Assembly: GCA_965371875.1 (NCBI GenBank)
Contig: CBDVAD010000002.1
Coordinates: forward strand, 1-36,311
Direction: 5' to 3'
Length of the DNA stretch: 36,311 bases
Source of the DNA: an uncultured bacterium
GTDB taxonomy: Bacteria > Spirochaetota > Spirochaetia > B11-G9
This document shows, in pieces, positions 8,929 through 17,888 of the stretch; position 1 is the stretch's first letter, and each line of letters opens with the position of its first letter. The translations under genes were made by a program, and so were the position numbers. The notes under the pieces were generated by a model. That model was not told where the DNA came from. It saw nothing but the letters and a program-made list of their open reading frames with translations, and did no database searches.

Positions 8929-9518
8929 CCTTCGAGCATTTCAATACAAAAAGGATCTTCAATAACAATATTACTTAGCCCCATATCACCCCTGGTCCAT
9001 AATAGATTATCCAAAGGCCATTTTAAACCTTCACTTTTCATCCTGCATTTGCTCTTCCCTGCAGGAAAAAAAGATACAGTTTTTCCTTTCATAGAAGGAA
9101 CCTGAATACGGCCGGTAATTTTCTGCATTCTTGTACTATGAGTATACCAGATAACAGGTGAGAAATCTTTATCAAATAAAAAAACTATTCCCAGAAAGTG
9201 ATCCATTCGACCTCCCCCACCTCCAATAAGTACAATTTCATCATATTTATTTTCCTGCAGGTAGATTATCCCCAGTTCCGTATCTGTTTTGTCCTTATCT
9301 TCGGGAAACCAAAGAACTCTATCAGGAGGATACTTCTCAAGTGTATCCAAATGATTAATCGAGTCCATATCACCAATGACAACATCAGGTTCTACTCCCA
9401 TTTTAATAGCTGTATCAAAACCTGAATCTGCTGCAACAATAATATCTGCTTCTTTTACCTCTTTTTTAATATACCTGTATTCAGGTGCTGCACCTCCGGT
9501 AAATAATACTCCTTTCAT
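8886..9518 (-). CDS. thiN: Thiamine pyrophosphokinase
   Basis: 210 aa. It shows LFTGG...IIVAADSG...VIGDMDS...DKDKTD...IGGGGGRMDH motifs plus a C-terminal thiamine-binding beta domain. Confidence 0.8.
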   Translation of the reverse strand: MKGVLFTGGAAPEYRYIKKEVKEADIIVAADSGFDTAIKMGVEPDVVIGDMDSINHLDTLEKYPPDRVLWFPEDKDKTDTELGIIYLQENKYDEIVLIGGGGGRMDHFLGIVFLFDKDFSPVIWYTHSTRMQKITGRIQVPSMKGKTVSFFPAGKSKCRMKSEGLKWPLDNLLWTRGDMGLSNIVIEDPFCIEMLEGCLIMVTQLEEEDH

Positions 9519-9527
9519 AGACTATTC

Positions 9528-10625
9528 TTATTCTCCTGTCTGTTTGGTAATAAGTTCAAGCTCACTAAACTGGATATCTACAGAATCCATTTTAGAATCG
9601 ACCCACTGTTTTAATACACCGGGTTGATATACTTTTTCCAAAGATTTAGTTATAATTGCACTGGTTTCTGTCAAAACAGAATATGTTTCCCTTAGTTGGC
9701 TGAATGATCTAAGAAATCTTGTTCTATATAATAAATCTGTATTACGATATAACAAACTCAAATCTTCACGACTTGTTCTAATCCACAACCATGCTTTATC
9801 TAAATCATAAAAATATTTATCTATTATTTTCAACTCTATATTCTGTGAAATAAGGTCTGCAGACTTTACATGATAATTGGCTGCCAAATACCCTGAATCA
9901 AAGTCAGCAATAAATCCCTCAGTTCCATCCAGCTGGAAAAGCCTATATTCTATTTTCTTAATAACTACTCTTTCTGTCCTGAGGTTAAGGTGATAAGAAT
10001 TGCCATTATAAATCTCTATCAGTTCTTCCGATAATTTATAAATTACAGGAATTCCATTATAAATTTCACTTAGCTCAATACTGTCATAAGGTTGATCACT
10101 GCCTACTATAAGTTTCTTATGGTTGATTTCAAGTGCCTTTGACAACCTCGTAATTATCACAGCAATATCATTGTACATATCGCCCGTACTTAAGGGGGCA
10201 TGGGGCAATTCTATAAGTAAATAGTCTGAGTTTACAAGAATAGAAAAAATATCATCTATTAATTCTTCTATAAATTTTCCTGTACCAACTGCAGAAGGAT
10301 CAAGGCCATTAATTTTTCTGTCATCATTGATCAGATAATTATAGTGTTTTGCTCTTAGAATAAAGTCACTATCTATCATAATTGAGAGAACAGGTACCAA
10401 AATTATCTCATACTGTCTGCAAATGTAGACAATTTTTTCTATTAACTTTTCAGAGTATGAATATTTCGATAAACAAATATTATCCAGAGACCAGGGAAAA
10501 GAACTGCCAAAATTTATAAATATCATTTTAAAACCACTATTTACAGCAGAATCAATCATCTTTAACACTATGTTGTCATTTACGGGAAATGTAGAAAAAT
10601 CGTAGTAAGGTATATTTTTTATCAT
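9528..10625 (-). CDS. Hypothetical protein (365 aa), possible distant TIM-barrel glycosidase-like N-terminal half
   Basis: Long ORF 9 nt upstream of thiN. There is only a loose pattern similarity to GH20-type barrels (IFINFG...YSEKLIEKIVYICRQYEIILVPVL). Confidence 0.5.
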   Translation of the reverse strand: MIKNIPYYDFSTFPVNDNIVLKMIDSAVNSGFKMIFINFGSSFPWSLDNICLSKYSYSEKLIEKIVYICRQYEIILVPVLSIMIDSDFILRAKHYNYLINDDRKINGLDPSAVGTGKFIEELIDDIFSILVNSDYLLIELPHAPLSTGDMYNDIAVIITRLSKALEINHKKLIVGSDQPYDSIELSEIYNGIPVIYKLSEELIEIYNGNSYHLNLRTERVVIKKIEYRLFQLDGTEGFIADFDSGYLAANYHVKSADLISQNIELKIIDKYFYDLDKAWLWIRTSREDLSLLYRNTDLLYRTRFLRSFSQLRETYSVLTETSAIITKSLEKVYQPGVLKQWVDSKMDSVDIQFSELELITKQTGE

Positions 10626-10639
10626 TATATAAGATCTTC

Positions 10640-10668
10640 TTGTTTTTTATCAAATAAGTTATTATGAT
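10640..10668 (+). promoter_or_regulatory. Candidate sigma70-type promoter upstream of the DUF1015 gene
   Basis: TTGTTT (10640-10645), a 17-nt spacer, then TATGAT (10663-10668), about 30 nt upstream of ATG 10698. In AT-rich DNA this match may be chance. Confidence 0.3.
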
Positions 10669-10697
10669 TTCTAAAAGCAACGGGAGGACTTAATATT

Positions 10698-12032
10698 ATG
10701 AATAGCATAGATAAAAGGTTAGAAAATATCGGCATACAAATTCCTCGTATTTTAATGCCCGGAAAAGATACTGACATGCAGAAGTGGGCAGTAGTAGCAT
10801 GCGATCAGTATACATCTGAACTTGAATACTGGGAAGATGCTAAAAAATTTATTGGAAAATCACCATCTACTCTTAACCTTGTTTATCCTGAATGTTATCT
10901 GGAAGAAGCTAACCCTGAAGAGCGCATAAAACAAATTAACTTTAATATGAGTGAATATTTAAAGAATGATATTCTGATTGAAAACGAGCCGGCTTTTTTT
11001 CTTGTAAAACGAAATACCGGTACAGATCTTTCAAGATATGGATTAATGGTTGCCCTTGATCTCGAAGCATATGATTATTCAAAAGATTCGACCAGTCTTA
11101 TCAGAGCTACAGAAGGAACTATTGTTGACAGAATTCCACCAAGAAAAAAAATTAGAATTAATGCAACTGTCGAACTTCCTCATATTCTTGTCCTGATTGA
11201 TGATCCTGAAAAACTGGTTATTGAACCTCTTATAGCTATGAAGGACAAACTGGAAGTTGTTTATGACTTCGACTTAATGAAAGAGAGCGGACATATCACA
11301 GGTTATAAAATTTCAGAGCCTTCAGTAGTAGAAGGGATAATTACAGCTCTTGAAAGGCTGTCAGATAAAGAAAGCTTTAAAAAGAAATATTCCAAAGAGG
11401 ATGTTCTTTTATATGCAATGGGAGATGGAAACCATTCACTTGCGACTGCAAAAGCAACCTGGGAAGAGATAAAAAGTACCTATTCCGGAACAGACCTGAT
11501 GGAAAATCCAGCCAGGTGGGCTCTTGTGGAGCTGGAAAATATACATGACAAAGGTATAACTTTTGAACCAATTCACCGGGTACTTTTTAATATAAATAAG
11601 GACAGGTTTTTTTCAGAAATAGGGGATCCAGGTTCATATAGTTTTGTAAATTATGATTCTATTGATAAAGTTATGACAGTTATAAAAAATCAAACAGCAA
11701 ATGAACATAAAATAGGTTATTGTGACTCTGAAACAATGGGTATAATAATAATAAAAGATCCTACTGCAACAATACCAGCTGGTACTATTCAGAAAATTAT
11801 TGATTCATATATTAAAAATGATAAAAACGCCATAGTTGATTATATTCATGGTGAGGATGTAACTGAAAAACTTGGCACCGAGAAGAATAACTGCGGCATT
11901 TTTCTACCTGCAGTAGATAAAAATGATTTTTTTAGAACAGTTGTTATGGACTCAGCCTTTCCCAGAAAAACTTTCTCCATGGGTGAAGCCCATGAAAAAC
12001 GATTCTACGTTGAATCAAGACGTATCAGATAA
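10698..12032 (+). CDS. DUF1015-family protein
   Basis: 444 aa. SD GGGAGGA lies upstream. The architecture and the central MGDGNHSLATAK motif resemble the DGHHR-type core of DUF1015 proteins. Confidence 0.6.
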   Translation: MNSIDKRLENIGIQIPRILMPGKDTDMQKWAVVACDQYTSELEYWEDAKKFIGKSPSTLNLVYPECYLEEANPEERIKQINFNMSEYLKNDILIENEPAFFLVKRNTGTDLSRYGLMVALDLEAYDYSKDSTSLIRATEGTIVDRIPPRKKIRINATVELPHILVLIDDPEKLVIEPLIAMKDKLEVVYDFDLMKESGHITGYKISEPSVVEGIITALERLSDKESFKKKYSKEDVLLYAMGDGNHSLATAKATWEEIKSTYSGTDLMENPARWALVELENIHDKGITFEPIHRVLFNINKDRFFSEIGDPGSYSFVNYDSIDKVMTVIKNQTANEHKIGYCDSETMGIIIIKDPTATIPAGTIQKIIDSYIKNDKNAIVDYIHGEDVTEKLGTEKNNCGIFLPAVDKNDFFRTVVMDSAFPRKTFSMGEAHEKRFYVESRRIR

Positions 12033-12038
12033 AAACGC

Positions 12039-12065
12039 AGGGGCGATACATCATGAATCGCCCCT
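12039..12065 (-). terminator. Perfect 9-bp hairpin between convergent genes (terminator for tsaC)
   Basis: AGGGGCGAT (12039-12047), loop acatcatga, then ATCGCCCCT (12057-12065). On the minus strand the hairpin is followed by gcgTTTTT. No U-run follows it on the plus strand. Confidence 0.6.
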
Positions 12066-12627
12066 ACATATTCAACATATTATGATCAATAAGGCATGCG
12101 CCTTCCCTTAACAGTTTGTAAGGTTTTTTAGATATATCAACAATAGTAGAAGGTATTCCACCTACAAGATCACCTTCGTCAACAAAGAGATCAATCTCTG
12201 ATCCGAATTCTTTTTCTATATCGTAACTTTTATAGAGACTTTCATAACCACTTCTATTTACACTTGTAGAATAAAGAGGTTCTTTTAGCACTGAAAGTAT
12301 ATTTTGCAGTCTCTCATCGTCAGGAACCCTTAAAGCTACCGTCTTTCCATTATGCCCAGTAACAATAAGGGTTAGAGGACCCGGCCATAAATCCAGAAAA
12401 TATTTATCAATTTCTATTTTTGAAAAACGGGAAACCCATTCTTTTCTTATAAGAAGTAAAAAAGGCTTGGTTTCTTTTCTCCCCTTCAACTCCCTTATTA
12501 TATTTTCAGAATCCGGAGCAACACCAACAATGCCATAAATTGTATCACAAGGCATTATTACTATACCCTTATTAGCCAGAATTTCCAGAATATCAGCTAT
12601 TTGCCTTGTTTTTCCTTCTATGTACAT
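12064..12627 (-). CDS. tsaC: L-threonylcarbamoyladenylate synthase (TsaC/YwlC/Sua5-domain)
   Basis: 187 aa with CDTIYGIVG, KGRKETKPFLLLI, PGPLTLI and TSVNRSG motifs. Confidence 0.85.
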   Translation of the reverse strand: MYIEGKTRQIADILEILANKGIVIMPCDTIYGIVGVAPDSENIIRELKGRKETKPFLLLIRKEWVSRFSKIEIDKYFLDLWPGPLTLIVTGHNGKTVALRVPDDERLQNILSVLKEPLYSTSVNRSGYESLYKSYDIEKEFGSEIDLFVDEGDLVGGIPSTIVDISKKPYKLLREGACLIDHNMLNM

Positions 12628-13051
12628 TGAAGTTACCCTTTAGAATAGTCATTAAAAGAAAAGATAAAATTCCAATAATAGTTGAGAATAATCGAATATA
12701 ACTATTATCAGTAATTTTTTTATTAAAATTCTTATAGTAACTCCCCACTGAATAACTAATAGAATTTTTCTTATATCCGTTCAAAATTATTTCACCCTCT
12801 CCTGCTTTAAAAAAACCAAGTTCACGCGCTTTTAAGGCAATCAGGTCTTTGTCAGATCTTAATCTATCAAACTGCAGTTCCAGCTGACTACTTATTACCC
12901 CAAGTTCTATTGTATTTTGAACAAGTTTATTCTTATAAACCTTTAACAAAGAAGTCTGGAGTATACCTGCAGAGCCCCAGACAAGGGATAACAGAGAGTA
13001 CACTATAAATGTGATATATATACTGGAAAGTAGCCGGTAGCCTGGTTTCAT
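12593..13051 (-). CDS. FtsB/DivIC-like septum-formation-initiator family membrane protein (tentative)
   Basis: N-terminal TM helix followed by a coiled-coil segment and the ...KARELGFFKAGEGEI... motif typical of FtsB/DivIC. A second C-terminal hydrophobic helix is present. The 3' end overlaps tsaC by 35 nt. Confidence 0.5.
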   Translation of the reverse strand: MKPGYRLLSSIYITFIVYSLLSLVWGSAGILQTSLLKVYKNKLVQNTIELGVISSQLELQFDRLRSDKDLIALKARELGFFKAGEGEIILNGYKKNSISYSVGSYYKNFNKKITDNSYIRLFSTIIGILSFLLMTILKGNFNVHRRKNKANS

Positions 13052-13082
13052 AGTATTCTTAACGGTAAATAAAGAAGAATTC

Positions 13083-13111
13083 TTGAGTAAGCAAATCTAA
13101 GCTTTTATATA
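13083..13111 (+). promoter_or_regulatory. Candidate sigma70-type promoter for the acidic-protein/DUF115 cassette
   Basis: TTGAGT (13083-13088), a 17-nt spacer, then TATATA (13106-13111), about 120 nt upstream of ATG 13233. The match is weak for AT-rich DNA. Confidence 0.3.
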
Positions 13112-13232
13112 AATTCATTGTTATTTTACTCTGTTTCTGTTAAATTAAAAAAGGGTAATGATTTTTCAATCAATACTTCAAAAGATATTGCCGATAATTT
13201 GTAGTGTGTGAACTATAAATCAGGAGTTTATA

Positions 13233-15365
13233 ATGGCTGCGGACAAAGATAATCCCAAAGATCTGAATGATACTGAAGATACAGGCAGACTGGATGATGA
13301 GAGAGAGCTCGAAAAATATGGTGTTTGGGTAAAGACAGGGCCTGAAGAAATAGAGGATATTGATGATGATGTTGATTTCAACCTGAGTGATCTGCAAGAA
13401 GAATCAATAATTACTGATGAAGAAGAAGAGATGCTTGGCAATCTGGAAGAAGAACTTTCCAGTGATGATGGTATAGAAGACAGTCTGATAGATTTAACAG
13501 ATTCTATAGATGTCAGTGTAGGTGAACTGGATATGGAAGATCTTGAAGAGATAGAGCTGGATGAGTTTGTAGGTGACGAAGTAAGTGAAGAAGTGAATAA
13601 AGAAAAAGAATCAATAGAAGATTCTTTCGACCTTGATATAGATTTTGATGATGATCTGACCCTCCTTGACGAGGAAAGTATAGAGGAAGTTGTAGATTCC
13701 GGGGAATTATCAATTGATGCCAATGAAGAAATATCAGATATTGACCTTGAAGATTTAGAGTTGGAAGATCTTGAAATTGAAGATTTTGAACTTGACGAGG
13801 AATTGAGTCAGGAAACAATTGAATCCATGCCTCCAATAGATAATGATATCGATATTGATATGGAAGTTCTTCTAGATAATACAGATATCGAGGATCTGGA
13901 TGTGGACCTTCTTCTGGAAGAGGATTCTGAACAATTATTTTCTACTGATAACGAAACTATTGACACAGTAGAACCTGAAATAACAGATATTTCAGATGAA
14001 ACTATTGAACTGGCCGATTTTAATGAAGAACTTGATGAACTTGAAGAATTCGAAGAACTGGACTTAAAAGAGGAAGAAATCAGGGATATAGATAGTGGAA
14101 TAGAAATCTCTGCACCATTATCCGAATTGGAAGAAGATTTTGATGAAACAGAAAGAATCATTGAAGACTTAACAGATCTCGATGATTTGGAGGAACCTGA
14201 TATTGAACAAATCCTGGAATCTGATACCGGTGATTCAGTAAATGCTGTAGAAACCAGTGATATCGCTTCTGAAATTCTAAAGAAAATTGAACAGGAACTA
14301 CTTTCCATCAAAAATGAACTCAAAGATGTAAAAAAAGAACTATCAATTCTTCGTCCTGATAGTTCTGAAAAACCAATTTCTAAAGAGAAGACTCTAACTG
14401 ATGAAGAGCCAGGTTTCTTTGAGGAGGATGAAGATGAAACTATTGCCCTGACTGGTGATGAACTGGATAATATTCTAAATACAGCAGATATTATAGAAGA
14501 AAATGGTTCAGAATCTGAATCTCCGGAAATGGAAATACTGATAGACAGTTCGCCTGATGAATCTGATATTACTGATTTACTTGTTGATAGTGAAGATATA
14601 ATTACAATTGAAGAAGATACTGAAGTTGAAATTATTCAGGATGAAGAAACTCCTCTTGAGAATTTGGAGATAGAGGATTTGTCTGAACTGGAAATGAATA
14701 AAAATGATGAAGAAATAAGTTTTGATCTGACTGAAGACATATTAGACGAAGAAATTACTGAGCTTGATGAAACTGTTTCAGAAATGAATATTTCCGGGGA
14801 TAATCAGGTCATAACTGAAGATATAGATTTTGAAACTGTTGAAGAAACAGCTGACGATAATATAATTGAACTTGATATTATAAAAAATGAAGAATCAGGT
14901 GATCTTAAAATCGACATAATCGAAGAAGATATTGATGAAGGAACAAATGCAGAGCCCCTCATAGTAGAAGATATAGATCTTGATTTTACAGAAGATATAT
15001 TAGTAGATGAGATTATACTTGATGATTTGGATACTGAAGTATTGATTACAGATTCTGTTGATGACATTGATATTAATATTGATGATATTGAGGAGATTAA
15101 AGAAACTAATTTAGATATAGAAGATGCTCTTCCTATAGAAGTATCTGAACCAGAGAAAACATCGGTTATTGATATGGAAATTCCTGAAATGCAGGATGAG
15201 GGACTAACAGAACTATCACCCCAGCTAAAAACGGAGATAAAATCTGTACTTTCCTATATGGATCAATTACTTGAGTCATTACCTGAAGAAAAGATTGATG
15301 AATTTGCAAATTCAGAACATTATGAAGTATACAAAAAGCTATTTGAGGAATTAGGTCTGAATTGA
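13233..15365 (+). CDS. Hyper-acidic (D/E-rich) low-complexity protein, 710 aa, with short ordered-looking N-terminal, central and C-terminal islands
   Basis: AGGAG at 13222-13226 lies 6 nt before the ATG. The ORF is uninterrupted for 2.1 kb. I counted 39 D+E in the first 100 residues, and the rest looks similar by eye. There is no signal peptide or TM helix. Confidence 0.75.
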   Translation: MAADKDNPKDLNDTEDTGRLDDERELEKYGVWVKTGPEEIEDIDDDVDFNLSDLQEESIITDEEEEMLGNLEEELSSDDGIEDSLIDLTDSIDVSVGELDMEDLEEIELDEFVGDEVSEEVNKEKESIEDSFDLDIDFDDDLTLLDEESIEEVVDSGELSIDANEEISDIDLEDLELEDLEIEDFELDEELSQETIESMPPIDNDIDIDMEVLLDNTDIEDLDVDLLLEEDSEQLFSTDNETIDTVEPEITDISDETIELADFNEELDELEEFEELDLKEEEIRDIDSGIEISAPLSELEEDFDETERIIEDLTDLDDLEEPDIEQILESDTGDSVNAVETSDIASEILKKIEQELLSIKNELKDVKKELSILRPDSSEKPISKEKTLTDEEPGFFEEDEDETIALTGDELDNILNTADIIEENGSESESPEMEILIDSSPDESDITDLLVDSEDIITIEEDTEVEIIQDEETPLENLEIEDLSELEMNKNDEEISFDLTEDILDEEITELDETVSEMNISGDNQVITEDIDFETVEETADDNIIELDIIKNEESGDLKIDIIEEDIDEGTNAEPLIVEDIDLDFTEDILVDEIILDDLDTEVLITDSVDDIDINIDDIEEIKETNLDIEDALPIEVSEPEKTSVIDMEIPEMQDEGLTELSPQLKTEIKSVLSYMDQLLESLPEEKIDEFANSEHYEVYKKLFEELGLN

Positions 15366-15366
15366 T

Positions 15367-16335
15367 ATGGGTCTTCTAAGTAAAGTTGCTAACTTACAAA
15401 ACAATGCAGACTTAATCGCATCTAAAAAAAAAAATCTGATAGAAAGTTTTTTTTCAGATGCAAAAAAACTTCGCACAGGTTTTGAATATTCTGGTTCACT
15501 CTTTGATCTGTTGTGCAGAGATTTGTTTATAAAGAAGGGTTCTCTACTTATTCCTGATAATGAAGGCAAAACTTTTATCCCTGCTTCTTATCTAAATATG
15601 GATATTACAACAACACGTCATTTGAGAATTGAAAGAATTATTCTTGAAACCCAATTTCATTATTATAATGAAATTATATTCTCAGATGACAGTCGTTTGA
15701 AATTATTTAAACAATATTTTTCAATGCGTGAATTTTCAGCGTTAAACTCTCTTATGCTTGTCCCTTTTTACATTAGTGGTACTCTAAGTGCGATTCTTGT
15801 TATTATAGATCCTGAAAAAGAAACACTCGAAGTAGCCAGAGCAATATCACTAAACTCAGAAAAACTTATAAATAAACTTCTTAATTTCAGAAAACCTTTT
15901 TCAAACATAGTTAAAGCCGAAAAAAAAGATATAGATATAAACCCAGTATTGGTACTCCAGAATTTTATTGATAATAATATTTCGGAAGATATAATTCTTC
16001 TTATTGCAGATATGCAGATTAAAAAATTAAAAAATGCATTGATCAAAGTACTTCCAAATACTGACCCTTTTGAAATTTCCAATAATATTGTAAATTCTAT
16101 TAAAAGTTTAATCAGTAATTCCGGCAAACTTGTTGAACGTTCTTCTGATCAGTATGTACTATTCTATAAAATAAAATCAGGTACTACGCCTGGTCTTATT
16201 TTACATCAAATAAATATTGCAATCTCCTCATTTTTTAATTTAACAGTTAGCTTACCGAAAATTGAAGTTGATATTAGAACATTTTCAGCATCTGAAAATA
16301 ATTCTGCTGAATCTATTCTGGAAGGTATTATCTAG
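15367..16335 (+). CDS. Hypothetical protein with degenerate GGDEF-like C-terminal domain (tentative) and possible ligand-binding N-terminal half
   Basis: Starts 1 nt after the stop of the acidic gene. The C-terminal about 130 aa follow the GGDEF fold pattern (LLIADM...; KLVERSSDQYVLFYKI in place of RYGGDEFxxLLP; trailing ...SILEGI). Confidence 0.55.
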   Translation: MGLLSKVANLQNNADLIASKKKNLIESFFSDAKKLRTGFEYSGSLFDLLCRDLFIKKGSLLIPDNEGKTFIPASYLNMDITTTRHLRIERIILETQFHYYNEIIFSDDSRLKLFKQYFSMREFSALNSLMLVPFYISGTLSAILVIIDPEKETLEVARAISLNSEKLINKLLNFRKPFSNIVKAEKKDIDINPVLVLQNFIDNNISEDIILLIADMQIKKLKNALIKVLPNTDPFEISNNIVNSIKSLISNSGKLVERSSDQYVLFYKIKSGTTPGLILHQINIAISSFFNLTVSLPKIEVDIRTFSASENNSAESILEGII

Positions 16336-16340
16336 TATTT

Positions 16341-17888
16341 ATGTTCACCACACAAATTGCCCGGTCAGGTGAATTAACATTATTTATAAATAGAAAAGCT
16401 GTTCATTCCATATACAATCCAGCAGCAGAAGCTAATACATTTTTAAAAAGACAAATATTTACTAATATCCCCAGAATTTTTATTCTTATTGGACCTGGAC
16501 TTGGGTATTTAAAAAAATCTGTTAAAAGTTTCTATCCGGATGCCCATCTATTATCTATTCATCTTGATAAATGTATCTTTGAAAAATCTGATAAAACCGG
16601 AGATTATTGTATCTATAAAAATGAACTGGATCTGGCGAGTAAGTTATCAAGCACTATTCCCGATTTCCTTTTATCTAAAACTACTGTAATAGAATGGCAT
16701 CCCTGCTCGAAACACTTTCCCGAACGTACAAAATTTGTTAAAAAACTTATTAAGCAATTTTTCCAGGAAAGAAAGGGAACAATAGTTACAACAGGACATT
16801 TTGGCCGCAAATGGATACGTAATGCGTATTATAATTTTTTAAAACAAAATAATTTTGTAAAGTTTAACAGTATAAATTTACCTATACTAATAGCTGCATC
16901 TGGTCCGAGTCTTAAAGAATCAATTAGTATTCTACGAAATAAAAGAAATAAATTTATACTTGCAGCACTGCCCTCTTCCCTGTCAGCTTTAAATACAGCT
17001 AATTTACGTCCTGACTTTATCTTTCATACAGATCCAGGATACTGGGCAAATGAACACCTAAAATACATCCAGGATACTAATATACCTGTAATAATGCCAT
17101 TAACATCTTCATTTAATTCAAATATAAAAAATCCTGTAGTATATATAAATCAGGGCTCATTTATAGAAAATTTACTTCTTAAAAATATGTTTTTACATGT
17201 ACCTGCACATGGAACTGTTGCAGGTACAGCCTATCTTTTTTTAAGAAAAATCACCAATAATCCTATTATTTTTCTAGGATTGGATTTCAGGTTTACTGAT
17301 ATAATGGAGCATGTTACTCCACATAGTTTTGAGATACTCTATACTATAAAACAGAATAGATTTGATGGATATTTAAATATTCTTTATGAAAAACAGCAAA
17401 TGTCAACAACAAAAGCCCTTTCAACATATTCAGGGTGGTTTGATAGTAAAACCAGGATATCAAATGCTTATCGATATAATCCAACAAATATTAGCACCAA
17501 TGGACTTATTTCAATAGATTTAAAAAAACTTTCCACACTTCTTAACACCACTATTAAAGATAAATTAGAATCTCATATTTTAATAAATGATTCTAATTTA
17601 TCTTTTAATAAAAACACTTTAATTAACGTTCTTAAGCATTTAATTGTACTATTAGATAAATTTAAATCGGAAATTCCTTTCATAAGTTCTGATGAAATAT
17701 CAGAATTTTTCATAACTTCCAATCCATTAGCAGAATTATTCCAATATACAGCATATTCTGATATTTTAAAACTTACCAGTTATTACAGAAATGACCTTGA
17801 TAAATCACGTGATATTCTTAATAGAATATTTTCTGAAGCGAAAGCATTTATTACTGGTCTTTTAAAAAGGTCAAACTATGAGAGATAA
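16341..17888 (+). CDS. DUF115 / MptE-like (Maf-like, motility-accessory-factor family) protein, paralogue 1
   Basis: N-terminal ...LFINRKAVHSIYNPAAEANTFL (Maf-like lhS.ydP..EA pattern). Rossmann-like ILIAASGPSL. Also FHTDPGYW and GTVAGTAYLFL...IIFLGLDFRF. Confidence 0.7.
   Translation: MFTTQIARSGELTLFINRKAVHSIYNPAAEANTFLKRQIFTNIPRIFILIGPGLGYLKKSVKSFYPDAHLLSIHLDKCIFEKSDKTGDYCIYKNELDLASKLSSTIPDFLLSKTTVIEWHPCSKHFPERTKFVKKLIKQFFQERKGTIVTTGHFGRKWIRNAYYNFLKQNNFVKFNSINLPILIAASGPSLKESISILRNKRNKFILAALPSSLSALNTANLRPDFIFHTDPGYWANEHLKYIQDTNIPVIMPLTSSFNSNIKNPVVYINQGSFIENLLLKNMFLHVPAHGTVAGTAYLFLRKITNNPIIFLGLDFRFTDIMEHVTPHSFEILYTIKQNRFDGYLNILYEKQQMSTTKALSTYSGWFDSKTRISNAYRYNPTNISTNGLISIDLKKLSTLLNTTIKDKLESHILINDSNLSFNKNTLINVLKHLIVLLDKFKSEIPFISSDEISEFFITSNPLAELFQYTAYSDILKLTSYYRNDLDKSRDILNRIFSEAKAFITGLLKRSNYER

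Noticed and set aside
11923-12111. Plus-strand 62-aa ORF spanning the DUF1015 3' end, the hairpin and the tsaC 3' end
   Set aside because: It is out of frame within DUF1015 and crosses the terminator hairpin into an antisense gene. It is an artefact.
13170-13397. Minus-strand 75-aa ORF across the promoter region and start of the acidic gene
   Set aside because: It is a hydrophobic, Ile/Phe-rich translation of AT-rich intergenic DNA plus antisense coding sequence. There is no RBS.
13220-15067. Several long minus-strand ORFs (13220-13723, 13513-13836, 13808-14323, 14804-15067) encoding Ser-rich low-complexity peptides
   Set aside because: They are the antisense reading of the GAA/GAT-rich acidic gene (TTC/ATC/TCx codons). 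The plus-strand ORF is uninterrupted for 2.1 kb and has a proper SD and coupled downstream genes. The antisense ORFs are compositional artefacts.
15351-16127. Minus-strand ORFs 15351-15569 and 15768-16127
   Set aside because: They are antisense to the second cassette gene, which is translationally coupled to both its neighbours. There is no independent support.
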